DNA of 37,519 nt, from contig NC_068998.1 in NCBI RefSeq assembly GCF_001194135.2, positions 12,106,510-12,144,028 on the forward strand, written 5' to 3'. This DNA comes from Octopus bimaculoides. Taxonomy: Eukaryota. The translations under genes and the position numbers were made by a program. Position 1 is the first letter of the stretch; every line of letters starts with the position of its first letter. The notes under the pieces are model-generated. The model made no database searches. It had not been told where the DNA came from and saw only the letters and a list, made by a program, of their open reading frames with translations. Below are positions 22,001 to 32,695 of the stretch, in pieces.

Positions 22001-23382
22001 AATCCAGGACCGTTTACATAAAATTTACTTTATTTTTAAACTAAAAAAAATACGACAGTAAAACTTAAACTGATTACCTTCAGTAATATCCCATGGTACA
22101 CCACCCAAAAATACTTTACAGGAATAGGAAGGATTTTTATTATTTCTAGGTGGTAGTTGACCTCTCCAGGTGCAGCTGGCTTCACAGACAGCTGTGTAAA
22201 ACAAAAAAAAAAAGAAAATTCATCTCGATTCAGGAGGGGTTTTTTTCGGTTGGGGTGGAGGAGATTTTACAATCATTTTTCAGGGATATTGGTCTTCAAT
22301 GATAATGAGTGACTAACCTGCTGCATTTTTATGTAGCTTGGCCGCCCGATCAACGGCGAGTGGGTCTGGTCTGTAATACAAAGGATTCACAGCCCATCTT
22401 CTGTCGGTCAAAATGTCCATAGATGTCGAAGGTAAGAGGGCCGTAGCATTTGCTACAGCCGATGATACTGCTAGTTGGCTAGGATGAGGTAATGGCAAGG
22501 TGTCAGCTTCATATTGGTTATTAGAGCCAACATTAAGAGAGTTCTGAAAAATTTTAGCCAAAATGTCATTCGTCTAGCAATAATGATTCATTCTATCTGC
22601 TCGAAAAAATGCGATAAAATTTAAATACATTGGTATTTACCATTAATTCTACCAGGGTGGAAGTGTCAATGCTATCAGGGTAGAGAGACTTCTCGTAGTC
22701 AGAACGTATCGGTTGTAAAAGAGACTTGGAGTTTTGGTTATAGAAAATTCCCTCCACTGGAGACCGACATTCAGAGAAAGGGCTTAAAGGCGAAAGCGAG
22801 CCATAGTCGCTGAAAGAAAAAGAACACCACAAAAATATAGAGAGCATTAAATCCTATTGATCGGTTGTACGATAACTTTGGAAGTTAAAATATAAGAGTA
22901 ACCTGGAAGAATTGTGTGACGAATCTGCACGCATGCTTTGGTATCGTTCTGGTGTATAATCTGTAAGAAATTTCAAAAGGTTGTGTTAGTTTTCAGTTTT
23001 ATTGAAAAAATAAGAATAAAAGTTTATAAAAAATTAAATAAAATCGACAAGAAAGAAATTTACACGAAGTGCTGCTGCCTGACTGCGAAGTACTAAACGG
23101 ATAATATGTGTTTGAAGGACTTGAAGGAGAAACTCTTGATGAGAAAGAGTAAGGGTCGGCAGAATCTGAAAATATAAAGACCACGTTTGTTGAGTTTTAC
23201 GCGAATTGAAAAATCTTTTTTTTTTTTTTTTTGCAACAACAATTTGAAATAATACCTCGAAATTGTTCTGTTGGCATCGTACCAGAAGTTAGGGTCGTCA
23301 AATCTAAAGTATTGTCCAATAAAGAGTTGATTCTTTGCATGATTTCGTAATTACAGCCGTTATTGAAACTGTCTGGGTCCAT
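18895..23382 (-). CDS. CPEB1: CPEB1-class cytoplasmic polyadenylation element-binding protein, complete 11-exon CDS (500 aa)
   Basis: Manual splicing of exons 23382-23256, 23165-23064, 22960-22903, 22809-22641, 22573-22318, 22191-22078, 21988-21926, 21818-21691, 20697-20499, 19266-19172 and 19086-18895 gives 1503 nt in one open frame, with GT-AG at every junction. Motifs typical of the CPEB1/Orb subfamily: [11 protein letters not shown] (N-terminal), [72 protein letters not shown] and the ZZ finger CxxC...[16 protein letters not shown]....HHKP. An in-frame TAA lies upstream of the ATG at 23382. Confidence 0.95.
19172..19266 (-). CDS. CPEB1: CPEB1 coding exon 10 ([32 protein letters not shown])
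   Basis: ttcctcaag|GA TCG...AAA AAG|GTACAT, 95 nt; absent from the ORF track. Confidence 0.97.
19436..19740 (+). mobile_element. SINE family A in CPEB1 intron 9 (antisense to the gene)
   Basis: ggctgtgtggaaagaaatttgcttcccaaccacatggttcc...aggcggtgccccagc. Confidence 0.85.
20499..20697 (-). CDS. CPEB1: CPEB1 coding exon 9 (VQVIPW...RRM2...DTDKHKYPI)
   Basis: ttatag|GTT CAA...ATA G|GTAAGC, 199 nt. Confidence 0.98.
20940..21065 (+). mobile_element. SINE family B fragment in CPEB1 intron 8
   Basis: gcggtatttcgtcagttcaaat...ttgcctttcatcctttcgggttgataaa. Confidence 0.7.
21282..21367. mobile_element. About 85-bp Tc1/mariner-type MITE in CPEB1 intron 8
   Basis: TIRs agaggtcccgacatatctacgtaa / reverse complement agaggtcccggtgcatcgacgtaa (19/24 match). 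Confidence 0.65.
21691..21818 (-). CDS. CPEB1: CPEB1 coding exon 8 ([20 protein letters not shown]...SSRRIRSKE)
   Basis: attttag|GC TAC...AAA GAG|GTAATT, 128 nt. Confidence 0.96.
21926..21988 (-). CDS. CPEB1: CPEB1 coding exon 7 ([22 protein letters not shown])
   Basis: cattctag|CC...GAC G|GTGAGT, 63 nt. Confidence 0.96.
22078..22191 (-). CDS. CPEB1: CPEB1 coding exon 6 ([16 protein letters not shown]...[13 protein letters not shown])
   Basis: ttacacag|CT...GAA G|GTAATC, 114 nt; start of RRM1. Confidence 0.97.
22318..22573 (-). CDS. CPEB1: CPEB1 coding exon 5 (...[16 protein letters not shown])
   Basis: ttgctag|ACG...GCA G|GTTAGT, 256 nt; the end resembles the CPEB1 pre-RRM 'ARLHRQAAA' segment. 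Confidence 0.9.
22641..22809 (-). CDS. CPEB1: CPEB1 coding exon 4
   Basis: ctttcag|C GAC TAT...TTA ATG|GTAAAT, 169 nt, phase 2-0. Confidence 0.85.
22903..22960 (-). CDS. CPEB1: CPEB1 coding exon 3 ([20 protein letters not shown])
   Basis: ttcttacag|AT...TCCAG|GTTACT, 58 nt, phase 1-2; required to join exons 2 and 4 in frame. Confidence 0.7.
23064..23165 (-). CDS. CPEB1: CPEB1 coding exon 2 (Ser/Pro-rich)
   Basis: tttcag|AT...TCGT|GTAAAT, 102 nt, phase 1-1. Confidence 0.8.
23256..23382 (-). CDS. CPEB1: CPEB1 coding exon 1 ([28 protein letters not shown]...QFR)
   Basis: ATG at 23382-23380; donor G|GTATT; strong acceptor (T-run..ttgcag) at 23426-23427 opens 43 nt of 5'UTR; contains the conserved RIN.(I/L)LDN.LD motif. 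Confidence 0.85.
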
Positions 23383-23896
23383 GTTTTGGCTTGTTTGTCT
23401 GTTTTATGTTAACACTTGGAGATGTCTGCAATTAAACAGATATAAAAAAAAAAAAAAAAGCTAGTCCCAGAAAGAAAAAAAAAACAGATTTTAATAACAG
23501 ATTTCAAAGATGTCAACATAAACGAGATTACTCCAATGTTATAAAAGTATAAGCTACACGCTTTTATACATTTTAAAATGCCAAAATTCATTATCTAAGC
23601 AAAAGAGTAATATTTACAGTAAATTCTGCCCGCGAATAAAATCAGTCCCGTTGTTTTCACCGTCGTCAACCACTCTAGGTATTTTATTATTACTCATTAC
23701 AAATTTATTTATGAGTATAAGACAGTGAGAATCAAGCTAATTTGCATAAACTACATGCTTTGCAAAACTGTTTCATATACTTTGTAGCTTGCTAGCAACA
23801 GCAGCTCTGAACTTCTGAAACCGTTTTAGCTATGGCTGTTGCAAGAATACTGTTATAGTTTCGAATCGAGTTACTGTCTGAGACGCTGCTTCTCTT

Positions 23897-23928
<32 letters not shown>

Positions 23929-24111
23929 CAGGTGGACATACAGGCCCTATATTCCGAGAAACCAAATATTTGTTTGTTTGTTTTTTCCATGTTACAGATA
24001 TAAAACCCTTTACCTTTCGCGGCAATAGTGATGGTTTCACTTAAATTCGAAACAGATTTCTGGGGTTCAGTGAAGAAAAGGCTAAATTTTTTTTACGCTT
24101 TGCAATCATCT

Positions 24112-24410
24112 GGTTTCGGGTCCACTCCCACTGCGTGGCACCTTCGACAAGTATCTTCTGCTACAGCCACTAGCGTAACAAAGGGGTATGATAGGGGGGT
24201 CCGCCCCGGGCGGCACTTTTAAAGGGGCGGCACTTTTAAAGAGACGGCATTTTTCATCCTGTTGTAGGTTATTGCTGTAGGCAATATGTGTCTTTTGTGG
24301 GGTCCGTGGGCGACAAACGGAAAGGCCGTCCCGGGCAGCACACACTCTAGCTACGCTAGTGGCTATAGTCTTCGGTTGACCAATGCCTTGTTAGTGAATT
24401 TCGAATGATT
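24112..24410 (+). mobile_element. SINE family A fragment interrupted by a hAT-type MITE
   Basis: cccactgcgtggcaccttcgacaagtatcttctgctacagc | insert | gctatagtcttcggttgaccaatgccttg. Confidence 0.75.
24168..24361. mobile_element. 194-bp hAT-type MITE
   Basis: Perfect 10-bp TIR CACTAGCGTA...TACGCTAGTG; 8-bp TSD GCTACAGC/GCTATAGT (6/8 match); internal GGCGGCACTTTTAAAG duplication. Confidence 0.85.
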
Positions 24411-24834
24411 TCAAAAATTATTTTGAAATTATAAGCAGAAATAANNNNNNNNNNNNNNNNNNNNNNNNNNNNNNNNNNNNNNNNNNNNNNNNNNNNNNNN
24501 NNNNNNNNNNNNNNNNNNNNNNNNNNNNNNNNNNNNNNNNNNNNNNNNNNNNNNNNNNNNNNNNNNNNNNNNNCCCCACTTCATCATACTCCTCCCTCTC
24601 TTACGCAACTTGCCGTGATTTTTTAATTTTGACCTTTTACGAACATTCTTTCAGAAGTGTTTTAAACATCGGGGATGTCCATCACACAAAAATGCGATCC
24701 ATTTTTGCCTCTCCAACACCTCCACTGTTTCGAAAGATGTATCAAGCTGTAACTTGTCAAGATATATGGTTTAAGGTTTTATGGTTATATTTTAGAGTTA
24801 TGGTTTAAGGTTAAATAATAAAAAATGGACGTCC

Positions 24835-25240
24835 ATTACGTTGAACGAAATGCTAAGCGGTATTTCGCCCGTCACTACGTTCTGGGTTCAAATTCCGCCG
24901 AGGTCGACTTTGTCTTTCGTCCTTTCGGGATCGATAAATTAAGTACCGGTTGAGTATTGGGATCGATGTAATCTACTTAACCCCTCCCCAAAAATTTCAG
25001 GCCTTATGCCTTTATTATTATTAAGGCGGTGAGCTGGCAGAATCGCTAGCACACCGGGTAAAATGCTTAGCGGCATTTCGTCGGCTTGCACGTTTTGAGT
25101 TCAACTTCTGTCGAGGTCCACTTTGCCTTTCATCCTTTCAGGGTCGGTAAATTAAATACCAGTGAAACATTGGAGTGGATGTAATCGACTAGTTCCCTCC
25201 CTCAAAATTTCAGCTTTGTGCCGATAGTAGAAAGGATTTT
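24835..25240 (+). mobile_element. Two tandem SINE family B copies
   Basis: 24835-25010 (headless) and 25022-25240 (aaggcggtgagctggcagaatcgctagc...). Confidence 0.85.
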
Positions 25241-25764
25241 TCTGTTTTTCATTTTTTTTTTTTTTAGGCGGGGAGATATATATAGAAATAGTCTTGCATA
25301 CCCCTCCATTTCGATCACTCACCTGAAATCCAACGTGGGTCGGTCTCAGGCGAGTTGATATCAAAAGGATGGCGAACAGACAACACCGCAGTGACCCGCC
25401 TACAGCCATCCCTGACATACAAGATCCCATAACAGAGAAATTTAATTCCAATATTGCCCTTTATCAAATCTCTTTATATTCATAAAAAAATAGACATTAT
25501 TCGGTTTGTAAAGTCGAGCAACGTGTGATCAGTTGTTCCTCATATTCCGAAGTGAAGTCGATCACAAATGACTACTGAATTGATAGCGTAAACGGCTACT
25601 CGTTCGACAACTGCGATCAACGAGCTGACGAGAGACTCTCAACTGGGTTGCTCCACCTGCTAGAAATAGTAGCCAAACTCCTCCAAATTACATCCTGTTA
25701 TCTTTTAAGAATGGATATATTGGGGGACGGGGGTGGGGGGAATTGAAGTATCCCAGGGTTATAC

Positions 25765-25980
25765 AATGCTTTTCTTCTTTTTCTCTGTACTTGTTTCAGT
25801 CATTGAACTGTGGCACCGCTTGGAGGGATTTTAGTCGAAAATCGACCCCCAGTACTTATTTTAAAGTGTGGTACTTATTCTATAAGCCATCTTAGCGAGT
25901 TGCTACATGACAGGAAAGTAAACAAACCAACACCAGTTGTCATGATGTGTGGTGGGGAGGAGACAAATACACACACAAAG

Positions 25981-26013
<33 letters not shown>

Positions 26014-26160
26014 ATGGGCTTCCACACAGTTTCCGTCTACCAAATTCACTCACAAGACATCGGTCGGCCAGAGGCTATAGTAGGAGACACTTGCTCAAGA
26101 TGCCTTGCCGTGGGATTGAACCCGATACCATATGACTGTAAAGCGAACTTCTTAACCACA
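25765..26160 (-). mobile_element. SINE family A
   Basis: tacttgtttcagtcattg...cttcttaaccacag, reverse complement of the family A consensus seen elsewhere in the window. Confidence 0.85.
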
Positions 26161-26523
26161 GCTGGAGAAAAAAAAAGTGGACTAATTCTGGCTGGAATGC
26201 TTTAACCATTGATCTGTTCCATCAATACTAACCTCAACCTAAACAACTACTACTACTACAATAAAAACAATCNNNNNNNNNNNNNNNNNNNNNNNNNNNN
26301 NNNNNNNNNNNNNNNNNNNNNNNNNNNNNNNNNNNNNNNNNNNNNNNNNNNNNNNNNNNNNNNNNNNNNNNNNNNNNNNNNNNNNNNNNNNNNNNNNNNN
26401 NNNNNNNNNNNNNNNNNNNNNNNNNNNNNNNNNNNNNNNNNNNNNNNNNNNNNNNNNNNNNNNNNNNNNNNNNNNNNNNNNNNNNNNNNNNNNNNNNNNN
26501 NNNNNNNNNNNNNNNNNNNNNNN

Positions 26524-27077
26524 AGCAAAGTTGGTCTCGGCAGAATTTGAACTCAGAACGTAGATACGGACGAAATATCGCTACGCATTTTTCCCGGCGT
26601 GCAAACAATTCTGCTAGCTTGCCGCCTTAATAATAATTATAATCCTTTCTACGAAAGGCACAAGGCATGACATTTTGGTGGGAAGGGACTAGCTGATTAT
26701 ATCGATCCCAGTGTTTCATTGGTATTTAACTTATCGACCCTGAAAGGATGAAAGGCAAAGTCGACCACGGCGGAATTTGAACTCAGAACGTAACGACTGA
26801 CGAAATACCGGCTCAGCATTTTGTCCGGTGTACTAACGATTCTTATTTCTTTACTGCCCACAAGGGGCTAAACATGGAGGGGACAAACAAGGACAGACAA
26901 AGGGATTAAGTCGATTACATTGACTCCAGCGCGTAACTGGTACTTAATTCATCGACCCCGAAAGGATTAAAGGCAAAGTCGACCTCGGCGGAATTCGAAC
27001 TCAGAACGTAACGGCAGACGAAATACCGCTAAGCATTTCGCTCGGCGTGCTAACGATTCTGCCAGCTCGCCGCCTTT
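26524..27077 (-). mobile_element. Three tandem SINE family B copies
   Basis: Repeated aaagtcgacctcggcggaatttgaactcagaacg...tgccagctcgccgcc at 26524-26630, 26640-26830 and 26840-27077. Confidence 0.9.
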
Positions 27078-28019
27078 ACTACAATAATAATAACAATAAT
27101 CAGCGAATGCGGGAAAGGCCATTTTGTCGACGCGAGTAGGTGATCATGACCAGTCCTTAACGAACGTTAGATGCACTTAGCATGAACGGTCATGTCCTGT
27201 TATTTTTTGATGATGTCAACTATGCGCAATTTGTCATTGCCTTTGTGATATCTTATGACACATGTTGATTTTTATAGAAGTCAATTTTTTTCCAGGAACC
27301 AAATGTGCAATAATATTTTTTTTTTCTTGGAATAGTGAAACATAAATAACACAAAAGCATTTATTTATTTTTATATGATTACTTCTTTTAGTTTAAGTGC
27401 ATGACTGACTTACTCCCAGTTTATTACTAATGCATATTTCATGAAACCCGAGGTAAATGAAGGCAAAGTTGATGACAATATGATTGGTGCTTACAAACTA
27501 AAAGGATGAAAGTAAATATTCTAACTGCAAGAGATGTTCCATATGTTCTGAATTCGATATTCTTAATGACGTGATAGGAGGAAAGAATTGTTTTTTGTTT
27601 TGTTTTAATTTCATTTTTATTTATTTTTCGGCAAATACTTTTATTTACCATCAAAATTCCCATTAACTTCAATAATACATTTTCCAAATCGATTGCACAA
27701 CTGCTTTAATTGCTTAATGTCATGTAAATAGAGCTGTTTTGTCCTGTTTAACTTACCTCTGTTCAGTAGCCGAATGCGGTTCTTCATCACAAGATAATTA
27801 TCCGCCTTTCAAATTGGTGCTTCAAATTTGGAAATAAGTGAAAATCACATGAGACAAGGCTTGGTGACTCGGTTGTTGTTATTGTTCTTGGAAGCGATGT
27901 ATATAGCTTTTCAAAGTTACATTTACGTATAGCATCATTTAATACGAGAGCCGTGTAAGTTAGAACATTGTTGTGAAGAAGTGGGGTACTCGGTCTTTAT
28001 TTAATCTCACAGAAAATAT

Positions 28020-28250
28020 TGGTTTCGAATTTCGGCACAAGACCAGCCAGTTTGTATGAGGGAGGGCAAGTCGATGACAGCAAACACCCCTACCTCCCCA
28101 AGTACTCAACTGGTACTTATTTTATCAACCCCGAAATGATGAAAAGCAAAGTCGACCTCGGTGGAATTTGAACACAGAACGTAAAATCGGACGAAATGCC
28201 GCTAAGCATTTTGCCTGGCGTGCTAACGTTTCTGCCAGCTCGCCGCCGTA
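28020..28250 (-). mobile_element. SINE family B
   Basis: aaagtcgacctcggtggaatttgaac...tctgccagctcgccgcc. Confidence 0.85.
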
Positions 28251-28283
28251 ATCTCACGGCAAAATATTTTTTAAAGTATTCTT

Positions 28284-28320
<37 letters not shown>

Positions 28321-28400
28321 NNNNNNNNNNNNNNNNNNNNNNNNNNNNNNNNNNNNNNNNNNNNNNNNNNNNNNNNNNNNNNNNNNNNNNNNNNNNNNNN

Positions 28401-28434
<34 letters not shown>

Positions 28435-28435
28435 T

Positions 28436-28478
<43 letters not shown>

Positions 28479-28669
28479 TGTTTGTAGGTATGTGTGTGTG
28501 TGTGTGTACATATATGTATGTATATAATATGTTTATGTATATGAGGGTCAAAGACTTTTCTCAGGCCTTAGACTCATAAGGCCAGTTTCACATTTTTGTC
28601 TGCTGATTGAAGTAGAGCAACATGAGATGAAGTGTTTTGTACAAATTGTGCGTAGGTTGTTTGAATATA

Positions 28670-29620
28670 TTTCTCCAAGTCTACTGCCAAACAAATGGTG
28701 TTATAACTGATAAACAGGCAGGAGGAAAAAAAGGAGTTTGGGGCTATGCTGATCAGCTCCTCCTTCTCAAAACTGTCTTTAAGGAAACCGAGCAACATCG
28801 CCGTTATCTCTTAACGATATGGCTAGACTACAAGAAGGTGTTCGACTCTGTGCCTTACTCATGGGTGATAGAATCACTACACCTTGCCAAAGCACCAGCT
28901 GCTGTAGTGAATTCCATTGAAAGTCTAACGACAACACAGTCCGCACAGTTATCATTGACAACTACTAAAGCAACACCTATTGTTGCAAACAAAATTAAGC
29001 TATCAACAGGCATGTTCCAAGGTGATAATTTATCTGCAACGTTGTTTGTACTGGCAGTGAATCCCTTGTCAGCCCGGTTAACAAAATGACAAGGCGACAT
29101 GCTGGGAGATGCAGGCAGGAATAAAATTAATGTCACCCACACATTTTTGTTGATGACTAAAGTTATATTCTGGTAATATAAACAACATAAAGAGACAAAT
29201 AGAACTAATTACAACATTCTCACGAGACATAGGAATGCAGTTTGGGCAAGATAAGTGCTCATGGATGGTAGTCAACCGAGGAAAGATTGTCGACCAGATA
29301 GAGAACATGTACATCAATGAATTGTCTATCTCTTCTATCTCCGATGAAGAAAACTACAAGTATCTCGGAATCGATGAGAATGTTGCATGCGTTGGTGTTG
29401 TGACTAAAGCCAGAATAACAAAAGAATGTTTCTGTAGACTCTGGAAAATACGGAACTCAGAGTCGTCTGCATTTAATAAGACCATATCTCACAATGGTTT
29501 TGCAGTGCCAGTGCTAGTATCAACATTTAGGATATTGGACTGGACACTCGACATGATACGCAGCCTGGACAACAAAACTGGAGGGCTACTAACCACCACT
29601 GGCAACTTCCACAAATTTAA
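28670..29620 (+). mobile_element. R4/Dong-like non-LTR retrotransposon RT fragment (pseudogenised)
   Basis: KQAGGKKGVWG.ADQLL, WLDYKKVFDSVPYSW, GMFQGDNLSATLFVLAVNPLS, degraded MDD motif near 29150, FGQDKC, YKYLG; frameshifted. Clade assignment is from motif memory. Confidence 0.8.
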
Positions 29621-30641
29621 CTCTTCACTTCTAGGTGAATTTACAAATACTATTACCCATTTATAAGGCAATAAGAAAAAATGTTAAATATAAAAAAACT
29701 ACTGTGCAGGCACTCTGAGAATACAGCTGTCTCATGCGTATTGGTTCCGGTAGGGAGGCAACTTGGAGGCTTCTCCGGGCGGGACACACTCCAGTTACGC
29801 CCAGGTCTGTCTTAGCAGTACTATAGGCCCTCAAGCAAATTAAGAATCTGGGCCCTATAATAATTTATTTATTAACAGCAAGTCACAGCATACATAGACC
29901 AGAATTACGATCCTGGGACCAGCTGGACCCCTGGGCAACTGCCCAATGTACCCATGTCTTAAGACGACACTGGCTACGTCACTGAAGTGTATGAGATATA
30001 ACCTGTTTGGATAAGCGGTAGCACTTCCAGGTTTTAATGTCTCACAGGTTTCTTCAGGTAAGAGACTACAGCTAAGGATTCCGAATGAATATTCTTCGTG
30101 CTGACTCCGGATGTAAGCCCTAACGGCCACACCATGCATTATCAGCGTTGAAAGACATTAATTAATAATCATACTGAACAATATTACACAAAGTTTTATA
30201 GCTAACGAGATATGTGGAGCACCCGTCATCGTTCACGACGAAGTGCAAGTTGTAGTCGATAGGCAATAATGAGAATGAGAAATCGAAACCATCTAACTTA
30301 ACTCGGTTTGCAAGAAAATACACCCTATTTCTAAAGTGCTCTAAGGTATATACAAAGATATTTTATAGCTAGACACGAAACCTGATATATTTTAAGGGGG
30401 AACAAACGAAGGAATTGCAACGAAGAGAGATTATCCTAAATGGGAATCAAACTCTTCTTGCGAACACGACACACCGCAAGTTTAATGTGCCTTAGTTCTT
30501 ATGTAGATATGCAGACTGTCAAGGAAAAGTATATATCGATTCATTCGACTGTTTTATTTCTGGAACTTATTTGAATAGATTCTGAAAATTTTGACTCTTT
30601 TACTCCAAAGGGAACATTGTTACGTCAAAATGGTGCCCTTG

Positions 30642-30850
30642 CAAGGCGGTGAGCTGGCAGAAACGTTAGCACGCCGGGCGAAATGTTTAGCGGTATTTCG
30701 TCTGTCTTTATGTTCTGAGTTCAAATTCTGCCGAAGTCGACTTTGCCTTTCATCCTTTCGATAAATTAAGTACCATTTGCGTACTGGGGTCGATCTAATT
30801 GACTGGTCCCCTCCCCCAAAATTTCGGGCCTTGTGCCTAGAATAGAAAGA
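30642..30850 (+). mobile_element. SINE family B, full length
   Basis: caaggcggtgagctggcagaaacgttagcacgccgggcg...gagttcaaattc...ccttgtgcctagaatagaaaga; A-box-like and B-box-like motifs present. Confidence 0.9.
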
Positions 30851-31867
30851 AAGCTGGTACCCTTGCTACCCAATGTGTTAAGGGTCACGCTGCACACACA
30901 CTGAATGACTGAGAGTCTGGAATGATCTTCTCATCTTCCGAACTCGGAAATATTCAGCTATCAAGGAAGACTGTCAGTTTTTGTTGTTTTTTTTTTGGGG
31001 GGGGGGCACAAATTCTTGATATATCTTAGAGAAATATTGATTTTAATCAATTTTATCTCAACTGGAATATAGCAGATACAGTTTTTAACGCCAATTGTCA
31101 ATGAATAATTTCTTTTTACCCACCCATGTTTTCCGGGTAGTTTTTTCTTTTTTTTTTTTACATCTGTTTGAAGTCCAAAACAGGAAATTGGTTATAAAAT
31201 ATCATCTGTAAATAATAATTATTTACAGATGACCTCGACTGAAAAAAGGATGATGACAAATATTGATTCAGTATACAAGGATATACACTTACTTTCCTGT
31301 TCAGGAACTTCTGATTAAAACAAAGCGACTTAAAAGTATCTGGCCTGCAATCTATCACCAGATTATGGAGATGTGCTGTTAGCTGTCACTAGAGACCCCA
31401 CGATCTGTGGAACCATTAATTCTTGAAGACATAATTACGGTAAATTAGAAATCTAATTTTCTTTTCACACTTTGTTTTCTTATTAAATCAAATTGATGAA
31501 TTATTTATTGTTGTTAGTACTGTTGTTGTTGTTGTTTGTTATTATTATTATTATTATTATTATACTGTGAGTTCAAATATCGTTGGCGTGGTCTTTGTCT
31601 ATAATCCGTTTCGGGGCCGATAAAATAATACCAAATGAGCATTAGTGTCGTGTAACTGACCAACCAGCTTCCCTTTAAAATATTTGCTTTGGGCCTAAAT
31701 CAGACATAGACACAAGACATAAGGATACACACACACACACACACATTCTTTTATTCTTTATTCTTGTAAAGAGCGGAAGAAATGCCGCTAATAAAGTAAT
31801 GTTATAACTGTAATCAATTATCAATTAAACACTAATATCGTTATCGATAACATATTTTATGTTATAT

Positions 31868-32140
31868 TCTTTTTCTCTTTTACTTGTTTCAGTCATTTGA
31901 CTGTGGCCATGCTGGAGCACCGCCTTTAGTCGAGCAAATCGACTCCAGGACTTATTCTTTGGAAGCCTAGTACTTATTCTAGCGGTCTATTTTGCCGAAC
32001 CGCTAATTTACGGGGACGTAAACACACCACCATCGGTTGTCAAGCGATGTTTGGGGACAAACACAGACACACAAACATATATACGACGGGCTTCTTTCAG
32101 TTTCCATCTACCGAATCCACTCACAAGGCTTTGGTCGGCC
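31868..32140 (-). mobile_element. SINE family A
   Basis: tttacttgtttcagtcatttgactgtggccatgctggagcaccgcctttagtcgag...cacaaggctttggtcggcc. Confidence 0.9.
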
Positions 32141-32634
32141 TGCATCGATATGTGCTAATGAACTGGACAGAACACTTTGCCAAANNNNNNNNNNNNNNNN
32201 NNNNNNNNNNNNNNNNNNNNNNNNNNNNNNNNNNNNNNNNNNNNNNNNNNNNNNNNNNNNNNNNNNNNNNNNNNNNNNNNNNNNNNNNNNNNNNNNNNNN
32301 NNNNNNNNNNNNNNNNNNNNNNNNNNNNNNNNNNNNNNNNNNNNNNNNNNNNNNNNNNNNNNNNNNNNNNNNNNNNNNNNNNNNNNNNNNNNNNNNNNNN
32401 NNNNNNNNNNNNNNNNNNNNNNNNNNNNNNNNNNNNNNNNNNNNNNNNNNNNNNNNNNNNNNNNNNNNNNNNNNNNNNNNNNNNNNNNNNNNNNNNNNNN
32501 NNNNNNNNNNNNNNNNNNNNNNNNNNNNNNNNNNNNNNNNNNNNNNNNNNNNNNNNNNNNNNNNNNNNNNNNNNNNNNNNNNNNNNNNNNNNNNNNNNNN
32601 NNNNNNNNNNNNNNNNNNNNNNNNNNNNNNNNNN

Positions 32635-32695
32635 GTGGTAGCTGTGGAGAATATCCTCAATGAAAATGGTTCTCCTCCTGCTCTTATCCTTGCTG
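32635..32695 (+). CDS. SatP-like gene, partial exon (VVAVENILNENGSPPALILA)
   Basis: Starts at the gap edge; donor GCT G|GTAAGT (phase 1) matches the phase-1 acceptor at 33701. Confidence 0.7.

Noticed and set aside
26524-27077. Regularly recurring repeats reminiscent of a CRISPR array
   Set aside because: They are tandem SINE copies of 100-240 bp with no unique spacers, in a eukaryotic context.
27147-27200. Possible miRNA-like hairpin (catgacc...ggtcatg)
   Set aside because: Only about 7 bp of stem with a large unpaired middle.
31229-31316. Acceptor followed by ATG (MTSTEKRMMTNIDSVYK...) as the first exon of the SatP-like gene
   Set aside because: Hits a stop after 29 codons, has no convincing donor and no family motif; cannot be tested across the gap.
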